The notes: generated by a model not told the origin, from the sequence alone. 64,000 nucleotides of DNA from an uncultured archaeon (GCA_963810275.1 CAWENF010000021.1:231452-295451), one strand, 5' to 3'. Counted from the stretch's first letter, positions 42,325 through 52,976 are shown. Numbers and translations: made by a program.

Positions 42325-43158
42325 TTAGGGTTTTCGTAGGATTTTTTTGAGTACTTCTTTGCCTTCTCTAACGGTCAAAGGCATTGTCTCAATAAGTCCC
42401 TGTGCTTTTAGTTCTCCAAATAAGTCCACAATTGTGGGCGGCTCTAACCCCGACGCCTCCAGCATCAGTTTGTTCTGCAATATCTCGCTTGTTTTGCCTT
42501 CGCATAGTTTCTCGCCGTGGCTGATAACTACTATGCGATCGGCGAGTTCAGGTATGGCCTCAGCGTCGTGGGTGGACACGATGATGGTGGCGCCTTCCTT
42601 GCTGAGCTCGTTCAAGGTATCAATTAAACCTCTACGGCTGACTAAGTCCAAGTTGGCTGTGGGCTCGTCCAAAATCAAAAGTTCTGGCTTTAGCACAAGC
42701 GCAGTCGCCAAGGAAACCTTTTTTTTCTCGCCGAAACTCAGCCTGTGTGGCGGGCGGTCTTTAAGGTGAGTTATGCCCATCTTTTCAAGCACATGGCTAC
42801 TTCGTTTTTTAATGTCTTCCTCGGGTAGCTTGAGGTTTTTTGGTCCGTACTCGACGTCTTCGATAACGCTTGGCGTGAACAATTGGTCGTCTGGGTCTTG
42901 GAAAACCAATCCGATTCGACTGCGCAGTTTCTGGAAATCTTTGTTAGTTGTTTTTTCGCCGAAAACCCTTATTTCCCCAGTTTTCGGTGTCAGCAAACCC
43001 GCTATAAGGAGAATAAGAGTGGATTTTCCAGAGCCATTAGGCCCCAATAGTGCGATACGTTCACCCTGCCTAATCTTCATTGAAACACCTTTTAGCGCAG
43101 CTACCCCTGCGGGGTAATTGAAAACTACGTCTTGAACCGCTACTATGGAGTCCGCCAT
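42325..43158 (-). CDS. ECF transporter ATPase (CbiO/NikO)
   Basis: GPNGSGKST, VFQDPDDQLF, LSFGEKK, LDEPT. Confidence 0.93.
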   Translation of the reverse strand: MADSIVAVQDVVFNYPAGVAALKGVSMKIRQGERIALLGPNGSGKSTLILLIAGLLTPKTGEIRVFGEKTTNKDFQKLRSRIGLVFQDPDDQLFTPSVIEDVEYGPKNLKLPEEDIKKRSSHVLEKMGITHLKDRPPHRLSFGEKKKVSLATALVLKPELLILDEPTANLDLVSRRGLIDTLNELSKEGATIIVSTHDAEAIPELADRIVVISHGEKLCEGKTSEILQNKLMLEASGLEPPTIVDLFGELKAQGLIETMPLTVREGKEVLKKILRKP

Positions 43159-43170
43159 TTAGCTGTCCTC

Positions 43171-43983
43171 TTAAAGACATGCAAGATACGCAAACCCGAC
43201 TATTAATATTGATGCGAACGCCACGTCAAAGATTCGAAGCTTAGGCATTACAAGTTTTGATTCGTTGGTTATTTCGAAGCCGCGGGCTTTCATGGCCAAG
43301 TAAACCCGTTCAGATCGTTCATAGGTGCGTATGAACAAAGATGAGAAAACAGCACCAAGGTCTCTAAGGGATTGGAAGTTGAAGCTGTGTTTATGCAGAT
43401 ACGTTCGGGCTTCTTTTGCCATAAGCACGCTCTGCGCCTCGTGGACGGAGACAAAGAAGTAGCGGTAGGTTAAGCTGAAAAGCTGAATGATTACAGCTGG
43501 GACTTTGAGGGTGGCAAGAAGTTTGAGTGTCTTTTCAAAGCCTGTGGATAGCACTAGCATAACTAGGGAAGCTACGCAGAACCAGACGCGCACTGTAAAC
43601 ATAGCTGCGCTTGTTAAGCCTTCTGCGGTTATGGCGATTGTGAAGCCGCTTATGTTGGATACCAAGACAGGGTTGCCTGAGGTTGTGAAAATCACCGGCA
43701 AAGTGATGAACGCAGAGAACACAGTTATCATGGCGGTTCGCTGGAAGAAGTGTTTAAGCGGAATACGAGAAGTTACTGATAAAACCAAGGGAACAAGGCA
43801 GATTGCGAGAAGGTAGCTTAGGTTAGTTATGAAGATGGCTGCGACGATTATGCCGACTGTTGCTATGAGTTTCGCAACTGGATTTACGGCTTGCATGACG
43901 CCCTTTTTCCCGCTTAAGTCCTCCACGTAGACAAGTGATTCTGCACCTTCCATTAAATCTCTCATAGAGTTGGGGACTTTCAC
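43171..43983 (-). CDS. ECF transporter T component (CbiQ/NikQ)
   Basis: YRY...EAR, LFIRTYERSERVYLAMKARGF. Confidence 0.92.
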   Translation of the reverse strand: MKVPNSMRDLMEGAESLVYVEDLSGKKGVMQAVNPVAKLIATVGIIVAAIFITNLSYLLAICLVPLVLSVTSRIPLKHFFQRTAMITVFSAFITLPVIFTTSGNPVLVSNISGFTIAITAEGLTSAAMFTVRVWFCVASLVMLVLSTGFEKTLKLLATLKVPAVIIQLFSLTYRYFFVSVHEAQSVLMAKEARTYLHKHSFNFQSLRDLGAVFSSLFIRTYERSERVYLAMKARGFEITNESKLVMPKLRIFDVAFASILIVGFAYLACL

Positions 43984-44282
43984 GGCTGCTTCACCCTCTT
44001 TTTACTTAACGCTTTTGCCACACCAAATGCCACTGCAAACAGCAGCAAAGTAGCCAACACGCCGACGACTAAAGCAATCCACTGGTTGTCTGAACCTTTG
44101 AGGGTGTAATCAGAAAAGGGGGCTTCCCAAACTGGCTGCTCCGAAGCACCAAGCTCTTGTGCTTTCCAATCCAAAGTTTCCATAGCATACGAAAACACAA
44201 AAACGCCCAGAACCACAAAGGCTACGGCGACTGCTAAGCCGACAATAATGGTTTTCTGGTTACGTTTCTTATTTGTTGCCAT
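43980..44282 (-). CDS. ECF accessory membrane subunit (NikN/PDGLE-like)
   Basis: Two TM helices flanking ETLD..A.ELG...APFSDY. Confidence 0.75.
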   Translation of the reverse strand: MATNKKRNQKTIIVGLAVAVAFVVLGVFVFSYAMETLDWKAQELGASEQPVWEAPFSDYTLKGSDNQWIALVVGVLATLLLFAVAFGVAKALSKKRVKQP

Positions 44283-44969
44283 TTATTCTTCATCTCTTTT
44301 GTTTTTAAACATGGCAAGTTTACCAAGGATTGGGCTTTTCTCCAGCACATCTGGACGAAGTTTGAGTAGAGTACCTATTATGATGACTGTGACGACACCT
44401 TCAGCCACTCCAATGATGGAGTGATTTAGCGCCATAGCGGGAACAGCCACGCTGATGCCATACTGGAAGACCGGCTGAGATATCCCAAGTTCAAAACCTG
44501 CAGAGATTGCTGCGAGGAGGTCACTCACGAAGGCCGAAATAAAGACGGCTGCCAGGATACTGGTTTTTGCTTTTAACTTAAGCAATTTGTTCATTGATAT
44601 GAAGAGAGCACATGGGATAAAGACACCGATGACGCCCATGTTGAGGACGTTTGCGCCTAAAGCAGTTATCCCGCCGTCGCCGAACAGCAGTGTCTGCAAG
44701 ACAATGATTATGGTCATAGAGATGTAACCTGCGAAGGGGCCTAAGATTAAGCCGATGGTGGCTCCTCCTAGTAGGTGGGCGGTTGTGCCGAAGAGTACAG
44801 GGTAGTTGGCAAACATTGCAGCGAAGAACAGTGCGGTAAGCAGGCCCATCATGGGGATTTGGTTTTCGGAGAGTTTTATTTTTTTGAATGATATTACCCA
44901 GAATATGGCTGTGATTATGAATGTGGCTATGGAAACTGTTATTGTTAGGTATCCGTCTGGTATGTGCGT
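44283..44969 (-). CDS. ECF S component (CbiM/NikM), apparent ACG start codon
   Basis: Frame extends 39 codons upstream of the tracked ORF to ACG-CAC-ATA-CCA-GAC-GGA-TAC-CTA = (M)HIPDGYL; GTTAHLLG, QTLLFGDGGITALGAN. Confidence 0.88.
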   Translation of the reverse strand, partial: THIPDGYLTITVSIATFIITAIFWVISFKKIKLSENQIPMMGLLTALFFAAMFANYPVLFGTTAHLLGGATIGLILGPFAGYISMTIIIVLQTLLFGDGGITALGANVLNMGVIGVFIPCALFISMNKLLKLKAKTSILAAVFISAFVSDLLAAISAGFELGISQPVFQYGISVAVPAMALNHSIIGVAEGVVTVIIIGTLLKLRPDVLEKSPILGKLAMFKNKRDEE

Positions 44970-45026
44970 GTTTTCCTACCCTCCTGCAGTAGCACGTTTA
45001 TTTAAAATAGTATTACGACGATATAA

Positions 45027-45054
45027 GTATTATCCATAAGCACAATAGTAATAA
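45027..45054. promoter_or_regulatory. Putative NikR operator
   Basis: GTATTA-N16-TAATAA, matching the NikR GTAT(G/T)A-N16-T(C/A)ATAC geometry, adjacent to the minus-strand TTATAT box (45021-45026) of the nikM/cbiM gene. Confidence 0.6.
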
Positions 45055-45084
45055 CACGTTAAAACGGAACTAAACTAAAAACAG

Positions 45085-45864
45085 TTAACTACGAAATTTA
45101 GCTGCCCGATTCGCGACCAAAGTCGCGACTGCCCCCGCTGCAACGCCGCCATCAATGTTAACCACAGCCAACCCAAGCGAACATGACTGCAGCATAGCTG
45201 TCAAGGTACCCACACCGCCGGCGCCAAAACCGTAACTATTTGAAGTTGGAACCGCAATCACAGGCACATCCACTAAACCCGCAACAACCGACGCCAAAGC
45301 ACCTTCCCTGCCGGCGACAACAACCACCACATCTACGTCTTCAGCAATAACCTGTTTGATGGGTTCTAAGAGGCGGTGGATGCCTGCGACACCCACGTCA
45401 TAAAAAGCGGTTACTGTGCAGCCCATTTCATCTGCGACTATTTTAGCTTCCTCGGCTACTGGGATATCGCTTGTTCCAGCGGTTAAAACTGCGATTTTGC
45501 CACCACTTGATGTTACTGTGAAATCTTTCTTTTTAAGAACTGCCATACGAGCTTTCTGGTTGATTTGAACTTTTAAGCCGTCAGTTGGGATTGCGTGGAT
45601 CGCCGCCAGATGCTCTTTGTTGCATCGACTAACTATGACTCTGCCAACTCTGGATAGCATTGTTCGGCAGATTTCTGTCACGTCAAGGGGTGTTTTGCCT
45701 TCTGCCAGAATAACTTCGGGGATGCCTTTGCGTAGGTCGCGGTTGCCATCCAGTTTTGCCAAGCAGCCCAGCTCGTCTACTGCCAGAAGTTTTAGCATCT
45801 TTTCTGCTTGCGAGGGTGTTAGTTCATTGTGAGAAACCTTATCCAAAATTTCCCTAAGCAACAT
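45085..45864 (-). CDS. larB: Nickel pincer cofactor biosynthesis protein LarB
   Basis: PEVILAEGKT, AGTSDIPVAEEA, DVGVAGIHRL, PVIAVPTS..YG, VVNIDGG. Confidence 0.95.
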   Translation of the reverse strand: MLLREILDKVSHNELTPSQAEKMLKLLAVDELGCLAKLDGNRDLRKGIPEVILAEGKTPLDVTEICRTMLSRVGRVIVSRCNKEHLAAIHAIPTDGLKVQINQKARMAVLKKKDFTVTSSGGKIAVLTAGTSDIPVAEEAKIVADEMGCTVTAFYDVGVAGIHRLLEPIKQVIAEDVDVVVVVAGREGALASVVAGLVDVPVIAVPTSNSYGFGAGGVGTLTAMLQSCSLGLAVVNIDGGVAAGAVATLVANRAAKFRS

Positions 45865-45943
45865 AAACAGACACACTTAAAAAACCAGTGTGTCCATATA
45901 TTTATTATGCTTGCTTGTTAAACCCAAATTTTGTGTGATGGTT

Positions 45944-47197
45944 ATGACTGAAACTAACAGAATTCTCTTTGTGGATTGCAACGCCAGCGGCATAGCCGGC
46001 GATATGTTGCTTGGTGCACTTCTGGATCTAGGGGCTAATGTTGAGCGGGTTATTTCTGCCATCAAGTTTTTGGAGGCACCTGAATTTGGCTACGAACATA
46101 TCGATATCATTATCGACCCGGAAGTGATCCGGGGAGAGTTTCGGGGCACCAAAATCGAAGTAACCTCCTCAGCTGTAAATAAACGACACGGTAATGACCT
46201 CATAGAAATCGTAGAAAAAGCCTCAGCAGGTATCTACATGACCCAAAAAGCCCGAGTCTTCGCATCCAAAGTTATACACACACTTATTCAAGCTGAGGTA
46301 GATTTACATAAAACCAGCTTCGAAGATGCACACCTTCATGAAGTCGCTTTGGTGGATACCGCCGCAGAAATCATTGGATGCGCAGTTGCACTAGACGATT
46401 TGCACCTTTTTGATGAAGGTGCCAAAATCTACTCGACTCCAGTAGCTGTCGGCGGCGGAGTCGTCAAGTTCTCACATGGCATTCTTCCTGTACCTGCACC
46501 CGCGACATTATCGATTTTGCAATCTAAACAATTCCGCTTTCACGGTGGACCCATCGAGCGTGAGTTGGCGACGCCCACAGGTGTGGCGCTTCTGACAAAC
46601 TTGGCAGATGAAGTCACGCCGTTTTACCCTAACATGGAGCCGCTTAAAGTTGGGTTCGGGGCTGGAACCAAAGACTTTCCCGAAATGCCAGCTGTTCTAC
46701 GCGCCACATTGGGGAAAGCCGTCGGCGTTGAGTCAGTGCAGGACGAAATTGCAGTGCTCGAAACTAACCTTGACGACGCCACAGGCGAAACCTTAGGCTA
46801 CGCAATTGACAAACTACTCAAAGAAGGCGCAAAAGATGTCAGCATCATCCCTTGCAGCACAAAAAAAAATCGCCCAGCACACATCATTAAAGTCATAGCC
46901 GACCAAAAAGACGCGGCACACATCTCAGACGTGCTAATCGCCGAGACGGGAACGTTGGGAGTGAGGGTGTACCGCTGTCAACGGCACATAATAAACCGTG
47001 AAGTCGTCAGCGTAGAGTTAGATGTCATGGGCAGCAAGACGGCTGTGAAGGTGAAAATCTCCAAAAACTCAGCGGGTGAGGTTATTCGTGTTAAACCCGA
47101 ATTTGATGACCTCAAAGCGCTGGCGGAGAAATCGGGGAAGCCACTACGGGAACTGATGGATTTAGCTGTCTCCAAAGTGCTTCAGACCAGCCTCTAA
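45944..47197 (+). CDS. larC: Nickel pincer cofactor nickel insertase LarC
   Basis: SGIAGDMLLGAL, HLHEV, HG..PVPAPAT, ELATPTG, ETNLDD, KKNRP, ETGTLGVR, KPEFDD. Confidence 0.95.
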   Translation: MTETNRILFVDCNASGIAGDMLLGALLDLGANVERVISAIKFLEAPEFGYEHIDIIIDPEVIRGEFRGTKIEVTSSAVNKRHGNDLIEIVEKASAGIYMTQKARVFASKVIHTLIQAEVDLHKTSFEDAHLHEVALVDTAAEIIGCAVALDDLHLFDEGAKIYSTPVAVGGGVVKFSHGILPVPAPATLSILQSKQFRFHGGPIERELATPTGVALLTNLADEVTPFYPNMEPLKVGFGAGTKDFPEMPAVLRATLGKAVGVESVQDEIAVLETNLDDATGETLGYAIDKLLKEGAKDVSIIPCSTKKNRPAHIIKVIADQKDAAHISDVLIAETGTLGVRVYRCQRHIINREVVSVELDVMGSKTAVKVKISKNSAGEVIRVKPEFDDLKALAEKSGKPLRELMDLAVSKVLQTSL

Positions 47198-47204
47198 GTT
47201 TGAG

Positions 47205-48029
47205 GTGTCTTTTTTGGACCACTTGAGCGAGAAAATTGAGGACCTGAAAAGATACATAGCCGAGAAGGGCAAAGGAGGTGTAGTTGTTGCTTTTTCTGGC
47301 GGCGTGGACAGCGCCACTTTAGCCGCTTTGAGCAGGCAAGTTTTAGGTGACCGAGCGGTGGCTGTGACAGCCGAATCTGCCACTTTCACTGAAGGCGAGT
47401 TACGCAACGCTAAAACAACTGCACAGGACATAGGCATTAAGCAGTACATCACCAGAACCCATGAGTTGGAACACGAAGCCTTCGCAGCTAATCCTTCTGA
47501 TCGCTGTTACCACTGCAAAAAGGAATTGCTAAAAAAACTCAAACATTTCGCTCACCAGCATGGCTTTGCCGCAGTTTTTGATGGCACTAATCTTTCTGAC
47601 TTGGAGGGACACAGACCAGGGTTTAAAGCTGTGCAGGAAACAAAAGGCGTCTATAGTCCTCTGTTGGAGCTGGGGTTTAGTAAGGAGGATGTTCGGGAAG
47701 TAGCTAAGGCTTTGGGGCTCACGATCCATGATAGACCTGCGCAGGCATGTTTGGCTTCTAGAATTCCTTATCATGAACGCATCACTGCAGAGCGTCTCAA
47801 ACGGGTAGCTGACGCGGAGGAAGCCATACGTAAAATCGTAGCAATAAAACAGCTTCGGGTGCGAGACCACAACGGTTTAGCCCGAATTGAAGTAGGACCA
47901 CTTGAACGGGCGCTGTTTAATGTGGATGTAATGGAGATGGTGGCGGTGCATCTTAAACGATTAGGTTTTAAGTATGTGGCGCTGGATTTGGAGGGTTACC
48001 GGAGCGGGAGCATGCTCCAACATGTCTAA
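47205..48029 (+). CDS. larE: ATP-dependent sulfur transferase LarE
   Basis: AFSGGVDS, NP.DRCYHCK, DGTN..D...RPG, ACLASRIP, RVRDH, GYRSGS. Confidence 0.95.
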   Translation: MSFLDHLSEKIEDLKRYIAEKGKGGVVVAFSGGVDSATLAALSRQVLGDRAVAVTAESATFTEGELRNAKTTAQDIGIKQYITRTHELEHEAFAANPSDRCYHCKKELLKKLKHFAHQHGFAAVFDGTNLSDLEGHRPGFKAVQETKGVYSPLLELGFSKEDVREVAKALGLTIHDRPAQACLASRIPYHERITAERLKRVADAEEAIRKIVAIKQLRVRDHNGLARIEVGPLERALFNVDVMEMVAVHLKRLGFKYVALDLEGYRSGSMLQHV

Positions 48030-48089
48030 CATAATGAGATTTTAAAAAGGAAATTTGGGTCTGTCCATGCATACCCACACCGAGAGAGG

Positions 48090-48260
48090 CTATATGAAAC
48101 TACGCTGGTAGCAGTCCTCATGTCGAATCGCAGTGGCTTTCCGCGTCGCTACACGCTGCCCCTCCAAAATCGGTTTATGACAAATCATACATGTCAGTTG
48201 CCCTTTTTTCTCCACCCGCAGTAAGTGGCGGTGGGTAATCACGTAGTGGTTTACTGCCAT
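48090..48260 (-). CDS. Small zinc-finger protein (CxxC...HxxC)
   Basis: CMICHKPILEG...RHEDC. Confidence 0.65.
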   Translation of the reverse strand: MAVNHYVITHRHLLRVEKKGQLTCMICHKPILEGQRVATRKATAIRHEDCYQRSFI

Positions 48261-48648
48261 ATTTTTCTCACTGAACAAAACTTTTTTTATTAGGTTAAAA
48301 CCGTTTTTGTCAAGAAACTTTGACTAAAGCTTAGTCAAGGTTTCTGGACTAATTTTTTAAGAGGTAAAATCATGTTTTTCGGAGAAATTTTGCCGTGAAT
48401 CGTGACTCGGCAAGTCAAGATAATATTTTAACGAATTAAGAAAAGAAAATGGGTGAACATGCTATTAAAAAGGTAGCTTATTTATGAACTAAGCTGCGCT
48501 GATCTTGCAACATCTTATGCATTTTTAGTAAATTAGGTGGAAATCCCAATAGCTGCCCATCAGTATATGCGTTTAACCTAAACACTTAGAATCGTAAAAA
48601 GTCTATAAAACAAACCAGAAAATTATCGCAGCAAAAAATGCATTACCT

Positions 48649-49475
48649 TCATTTTGAAATGCTTCCAACACTTCCAGAAACTCGGTTTCTTCTATGCAGA
48701 AAAACCGTGAATGCAACCGTCGTAAAGAAAAGTGCGCAAGCAACCACCAAGTACAGCAATTTGGACTTTGAGTTGACACTGGAGGATTTGTTGCTGACGT
48801 ATTAGGCTGAGTAACATTTGTTGGAATCGGCGTTGTCTCTGTTAAACTTGAAGAGGAGTTTTCAATGGGGAAGGGGTTTAGTTGAATGGGGCTTTCTTGC
48901 TGGGTAGGCGAAGGTTTGGAAGGAGATTCAGGTTGTGTTGGCACTACATTTTGTCCTTTGATGTGGCCAACGCTTATGGCTTGAGGGTAAGGAGCGCCAT
49001 ATATGCTCATTGTTATGGCTGTTATCTTTGCAATCCAAGAAGCCCCGTTAGCATCCGGGACAACTAGTCTAAGTCCTTCAGCGAGTGGTTGACCGTTGAG
49101 TTCATAAGCGATGATTATTTGGGGTTTGATAGCCAAATCGAATGGGATAGCAACTTGATATCCATCTGAAGCGATAAATTGTATTGATTGGACACCCGTG
49201 TTGAGCTTTGTTTGATTAAGAAGATAGTTAAGAGATACTCCGCCCCAATCGCCGTAGGTTACTAAGGCGCCGTCGCAGTATAGGTCTGCGGTCACTTCGG
49301 TTTTTGGCATATCTAAAAATTGAGAATATGTGAAAGTGTAGGTGTCGCCAGTTAAATCTGTGAGTTTTAATATTGCTTGATCGCCAACTGTAGAGGACCC
49401 AATTGGGGTGGCTATTGATAAGGCAAGTATTGTTGCGGTTGTGATGCTGAGTAGGTATTTATTATACATAGGCAT
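48649..49475 (-). pseudogene. Secreted sulfite-oxidase-like molybdopterin-binding domain with P/T/S linker; C-terminal TM anchor out of frame
   Basis: DLYCDG..WGGVSL, F.ASDGY, IAYELNG.PL...LRLVVP..NG..W; the shifted frame near 48765 gives LLYLVVACALFFTTVAFTVFLHRRNR to a stop at 48649. Confidence 0.65.
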
Positions 49476-49663
49476 CTCTTAACGATTTATGACAAGCGTC
49501 ATACTTTTAAACCCTTCCAAAAAAAACATACTTAAACTTCGAAAACAAAAAAGCTAAATCTTAAAAATCCAAACATACTCGATCCAACAAATTTTTGCTT
49601 AAAAAAATCAAAATTTAAAAGAAATAAAAACACTTCACCTTCCATAAAAGCAGTGTCTCAAAA

Positions 49664-49909
49664 ATGGTCCACAGAAGAGTACGAGGCGGTAAATTCAAAA
49701 AAAACTACGCGGGACAGCCCGCACCCGTAGAAGTCGGTGAGGAATTGGAAGTCAACATCATAGACAGACACCCCAGCGGAGCGGGAAGAACAAACCTAAG
49801 GGGCTACACTATAGTGGTTCCTAAAGCTAAACCCCAAGAATGCGTAAAAATTAGGGTTCTCCAAGTGGATGAGAGCAACAAAAACGTGACTGGTGAAATA
49901 ATCCAGTAA
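49664..49909 (+). CDS. Single-TRAM-domain RNA-binding protein
   Basis: PAPVEVGEELEV.I......G.G....GYTIVVP. Confidence 0.85.
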   Translation: MVHRRVRGGKFKKNYAGQPAPVEVGEELEVNIIDRHPSGAGRTNLRGYTIVVPKAKPQECVKIRVLQVDESNKNVTGEIIQ

Positions 49910-49937
49910 CCAAGCACACGCCATTCCGCACTAACTT

Positions 49938-51219
49938 TTAGGATTTATCAGCTGAATCCATAAACACTTGTCGCCGAGGAGATGCCAAGTCAATTCCGTT
50001 TGCATCAAATGCCTGCTTAATAATATACAGCAAATCTTTTGACATCTGGAAGTTAGTGGACTGGTCTTTTGCACGGCTAAGCAGTCTAAGCGACACCCCC
50101 GACGCCGAGTTAGGTTCTTTGGCAACGCCGTTTGCACCGCCCAAATCCATTACATGAACTATAGGTAAGTCGCCTTGGGGCAGAAAATCAGGATGTTTAC
50201 GGGCGGCGTCTTTTAGGATTTCGATTGCTTTGTCAAGATCAGATTCAAAAGTTATAGAAACGTAGACTATACATAATTTAGTGGAGTCCGCTTCGTCGTA
50301 GTTTATCATGGTTGAATTCAGAAACATCTGGTTAGGCACTACTAGGCGCCGGTTGTCCCACGTTTTAAGTATGGTAAAGGTGAGTTTGATGTCTTCTACC
50401 CATGCCCACTCGCCAGCGTATGAGAGAGCGTCGCCGATTTTAAACGGTTGCGAAGTTGATATCACCACTCCAGCGATGATGTTTGACAAACTCGTCTGTG
50501 CAGCTAAACCGACAACTATTGACACGAAGCCTGCTGCGACAAATATGGAAGCGATGGCAGCACCTAAGCTGGGAAAGTTAACAAAAGTTGCTATCGAAAC
50601 GCCCACAATAGCGACTATAGAAAGCGCGATACGCCTTAGGAACTGGATGGTAGTTTTGAAGCTTCCCCCTTTTAGCTCGATGGTCGCGGTGTAACGTTTG
50701 AATGCAACATTAACTACGTAAACTGCCAGGTAGGTTAGGAATACCCCTGTTAAGAAGTTAATCACTGACCACACATCGGTCGCTATGCGCGGACCCAATG
50801 GAGAAGCCAGCAGTATATAACCAAAAATTATAATCCCCAAAACGTAAACTGAGTAAACTAAAACTTGGTCAGCCTCGCTTGTGTGGATAAGGTACGGAGT
50901 TACTTTCTTGATGATTACCCCTGTGGCATAAATTGTTAGCCACCAAAATTGCAAGATCCACAACCAACTCTAAAGTGGTAGCATCAAAAAATAAGGGAGT
51001 AGAAATTGTTGTGGCTTCGAGAAATAGCTGCCAGCTTTGTAGCAACCCAAACCCTGCGACTGCTACTACGACTGGTTTATTGATGATGTTTCGTAGAGTT
51101 ACGCGTACCGCTGAGTGGAGACGCAAGTTAGGCACTATTTTTTTAGCTACAGCAATCAGCACTATACAAACTATTAAGGTGCCGACTAGAGTAAAAACTG
51201 CAGGGGCATAAGTAACCAA
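49938..51219 (-). pseudogene. mscS: Small-conductance mechanosensitive channel (MscS), frameshift near 50937
   Basis: GLAAQTSLSNIIAG...QPFKIGD, TWDNRRLVVPN; the N-terminal TM helices lie in the frame of ORF 50869-51561. Confidence 0.8.
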
Positions 51220-51550
51220 TTTGGCGTTCAGCTCAGCGATGTAACGTCTCTCAGAATATCTAAATAAATCTTGCCACCAAAAAACACAACCAAATTTCAA
51301 AATGCTGACTTGGGAATAAACCCCATTATGCAAAATCCGATAGAGTCGTGTCGCAACGCGTATGCACACAACAATATAACTTAAGCTAGCCACAATATAG
51401 GATACAGGAAAATAAAGGGCGTCTATAAGCCGTTTCCGCAACCCTTCCATATGTGCGTGCCAACCCCATAGCAAGGTTCCCCAACCCCTTTTCTCCTTAA
51501 CGGAGTCGGCTCGCCCCCAGTCTTCTCTTTGCTCTAAAAACATAAAAACC

Positions 51551-52846
51551 GTGAAAACCATTTCACATGAGGTGACTAAACTGGAAGTTCAAAGACCTAG
51601 CCGTTTTCTAGGTTGCCAAATAGCAACAAGTAAATCCGTTAAGCAGCACAAACTCAAAAAACGCATTGCCTACCTTTCCGCTAAAGAGGCACCCCAGAAA
51701 ACATTTGTTTCTATCTACGTGCCCTTTGACGGTACAGCTGACCAAGCGGTTGATAGATTAAAAAATGAGTTGAAAACAAACGACGAGCTGGAGAGGGAGG
51801 CGGAGTCGGTCATAAAACGGCTTATCCAGCACCTGAAACAGGTACCCGCAATAGAAGAAAATGGACTTGCGATCTTCGCAGGGGTCTACTCAGCCAACGA
51901 GTTGGAGCAGCCCAGATTCGGCATCGAAGAAGTTGTTCCTCCTGAACCCGTTGGCTCATTCCTGTATGAAGTCGGCAATCTGTTTCAACTAAAACCACTA
52001 CGGGAGATGCTGCGTGACCCCAAAGTCGTCGGAGTCCTCGTTTTAGATGCCAAAGACGCCACATTAGGAGTAGCCAGCGGCGAGCTTACCGAAACGGTAG
52101 ATCATATCTCCTCAGGGGTTCCAGGTAAAACACATAAAGGTGGACAGAGCCAACGCCGTTATGAACGTGAGCGAAATATGGAGGTCACAGCGTTTTTCCG
52201 CAGAATCGCGGACCATGCCGCTGAAGAGTTTTTGCAGAAGCACCCGATCACGGTTCTGCTGGTTGGTGGACCAGGACAAACTAAAAGCGACTTTGTCAAA
52301 GGCAAATATCTCCATTATGAACTTGACAACATGCTGCTGCAGACTTATGATACGCAGTCCGCTGACGAAGCTGCCGTAAAAGACGTATTGTGCAAGGCAG
52401 AGGAGCTGTTAAAAAGCATGTGTGGTCCTGAAGAGAAGAAACTTTTTGAACGCTTTCAGACGGAGCTTAGAAAGCAGGCTGGTTTAGCAACTTACGGCTT
52501 AGACCAAGTTACAGATGCACTCAGAAAAGGCCAGGTTGAGGTGGTGTTGGTCAATGATGATTCAGGCTACGCTGAAGTGGGCACGGTTTGCGGGAAATGT
52601 GGTAACACAGTTCAGCGGGTTGTGCATAAAGAGAAGACTGAGGCGATGCGGGATTTGATTTCTCATCCTTGTTCTAAATGCGGCGGCGCAGACTTTGACT
52701 TGACGGAACAAGACATAGTGGATGTATTGGAAGATTTAGCTTCTCAAACTGACGCCCGTGTTGAAGTTATTACTTCTGCGTCTGGGGAGAAGGCACAGCT
52801 TAGAGCTTTGGGTGGCGTTGCAGCAATTTTGCGCTATAAAAGCTGA
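51551..52846 (+). CDS. aRF1 (peptide chain release factor) paralogue with GGQ but no NIKS
   Basis: SGVPGKTHKGGQSQRRYER, GGPG.TK.DF, ATYG..QV..AL..G.V, CGKC..CSKC, LGGVAAILRY; start codon uncertain. Confidence 0.85.
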   Translation: MKTISHEVTKLEVQRPSRFLGCQIATSKSVKQHKLKKRIAYLSAKEAPQKTFVSIYVPFDGTADQAVDRLKNELKTNDELEREAESVIKRLIQHLKQVPAIEENGLAIFAGVYSANELEQPRFGIEEVVPPEPVGSFLYEVGNLFQLKPLREMLRDPKVVGVLVLDAKDATLGVASGELTETVDHISSGVPGKTHKGGQSQRRYERERNMEVTAFFRRIADHAAEEFLQKHPITVLLVGGPGQTKSDFVKGKYLHYELDNMLLQTYDTQSADEAAVKDVLCKAEELLKSMCGPEEKKLFERFQTELRKQAGLATYGLDQVTDALRKGQVEVVLVNDDSGYAEVGTVCGKCGNTVQRVVHKEKTEAMRDLISHPCSKCGGADFDLTEQDIVDVLEDLASQTDARVEVITSASGEKAQLRALGGVAAILRYKS

Positions 52847-52976
52847 GCTTCAGCGACATTTACTGCTAAAAACGCTGCAATCGGCCTCTTTTCCTTTTTA
52901 GAACGATAATTTTTGATTGCAAAGATTTTTTTAGAAATGGGTTCGAATTTATTGTTAAATCCTTGGTGAGACTTGT

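Noticed and set aside
51220-51561. Upstream extension of ORF 50869-51561
   Set aside because: Only the part below about 51219 looks like MscS TM helices; the rest spans a divergent promoter region.
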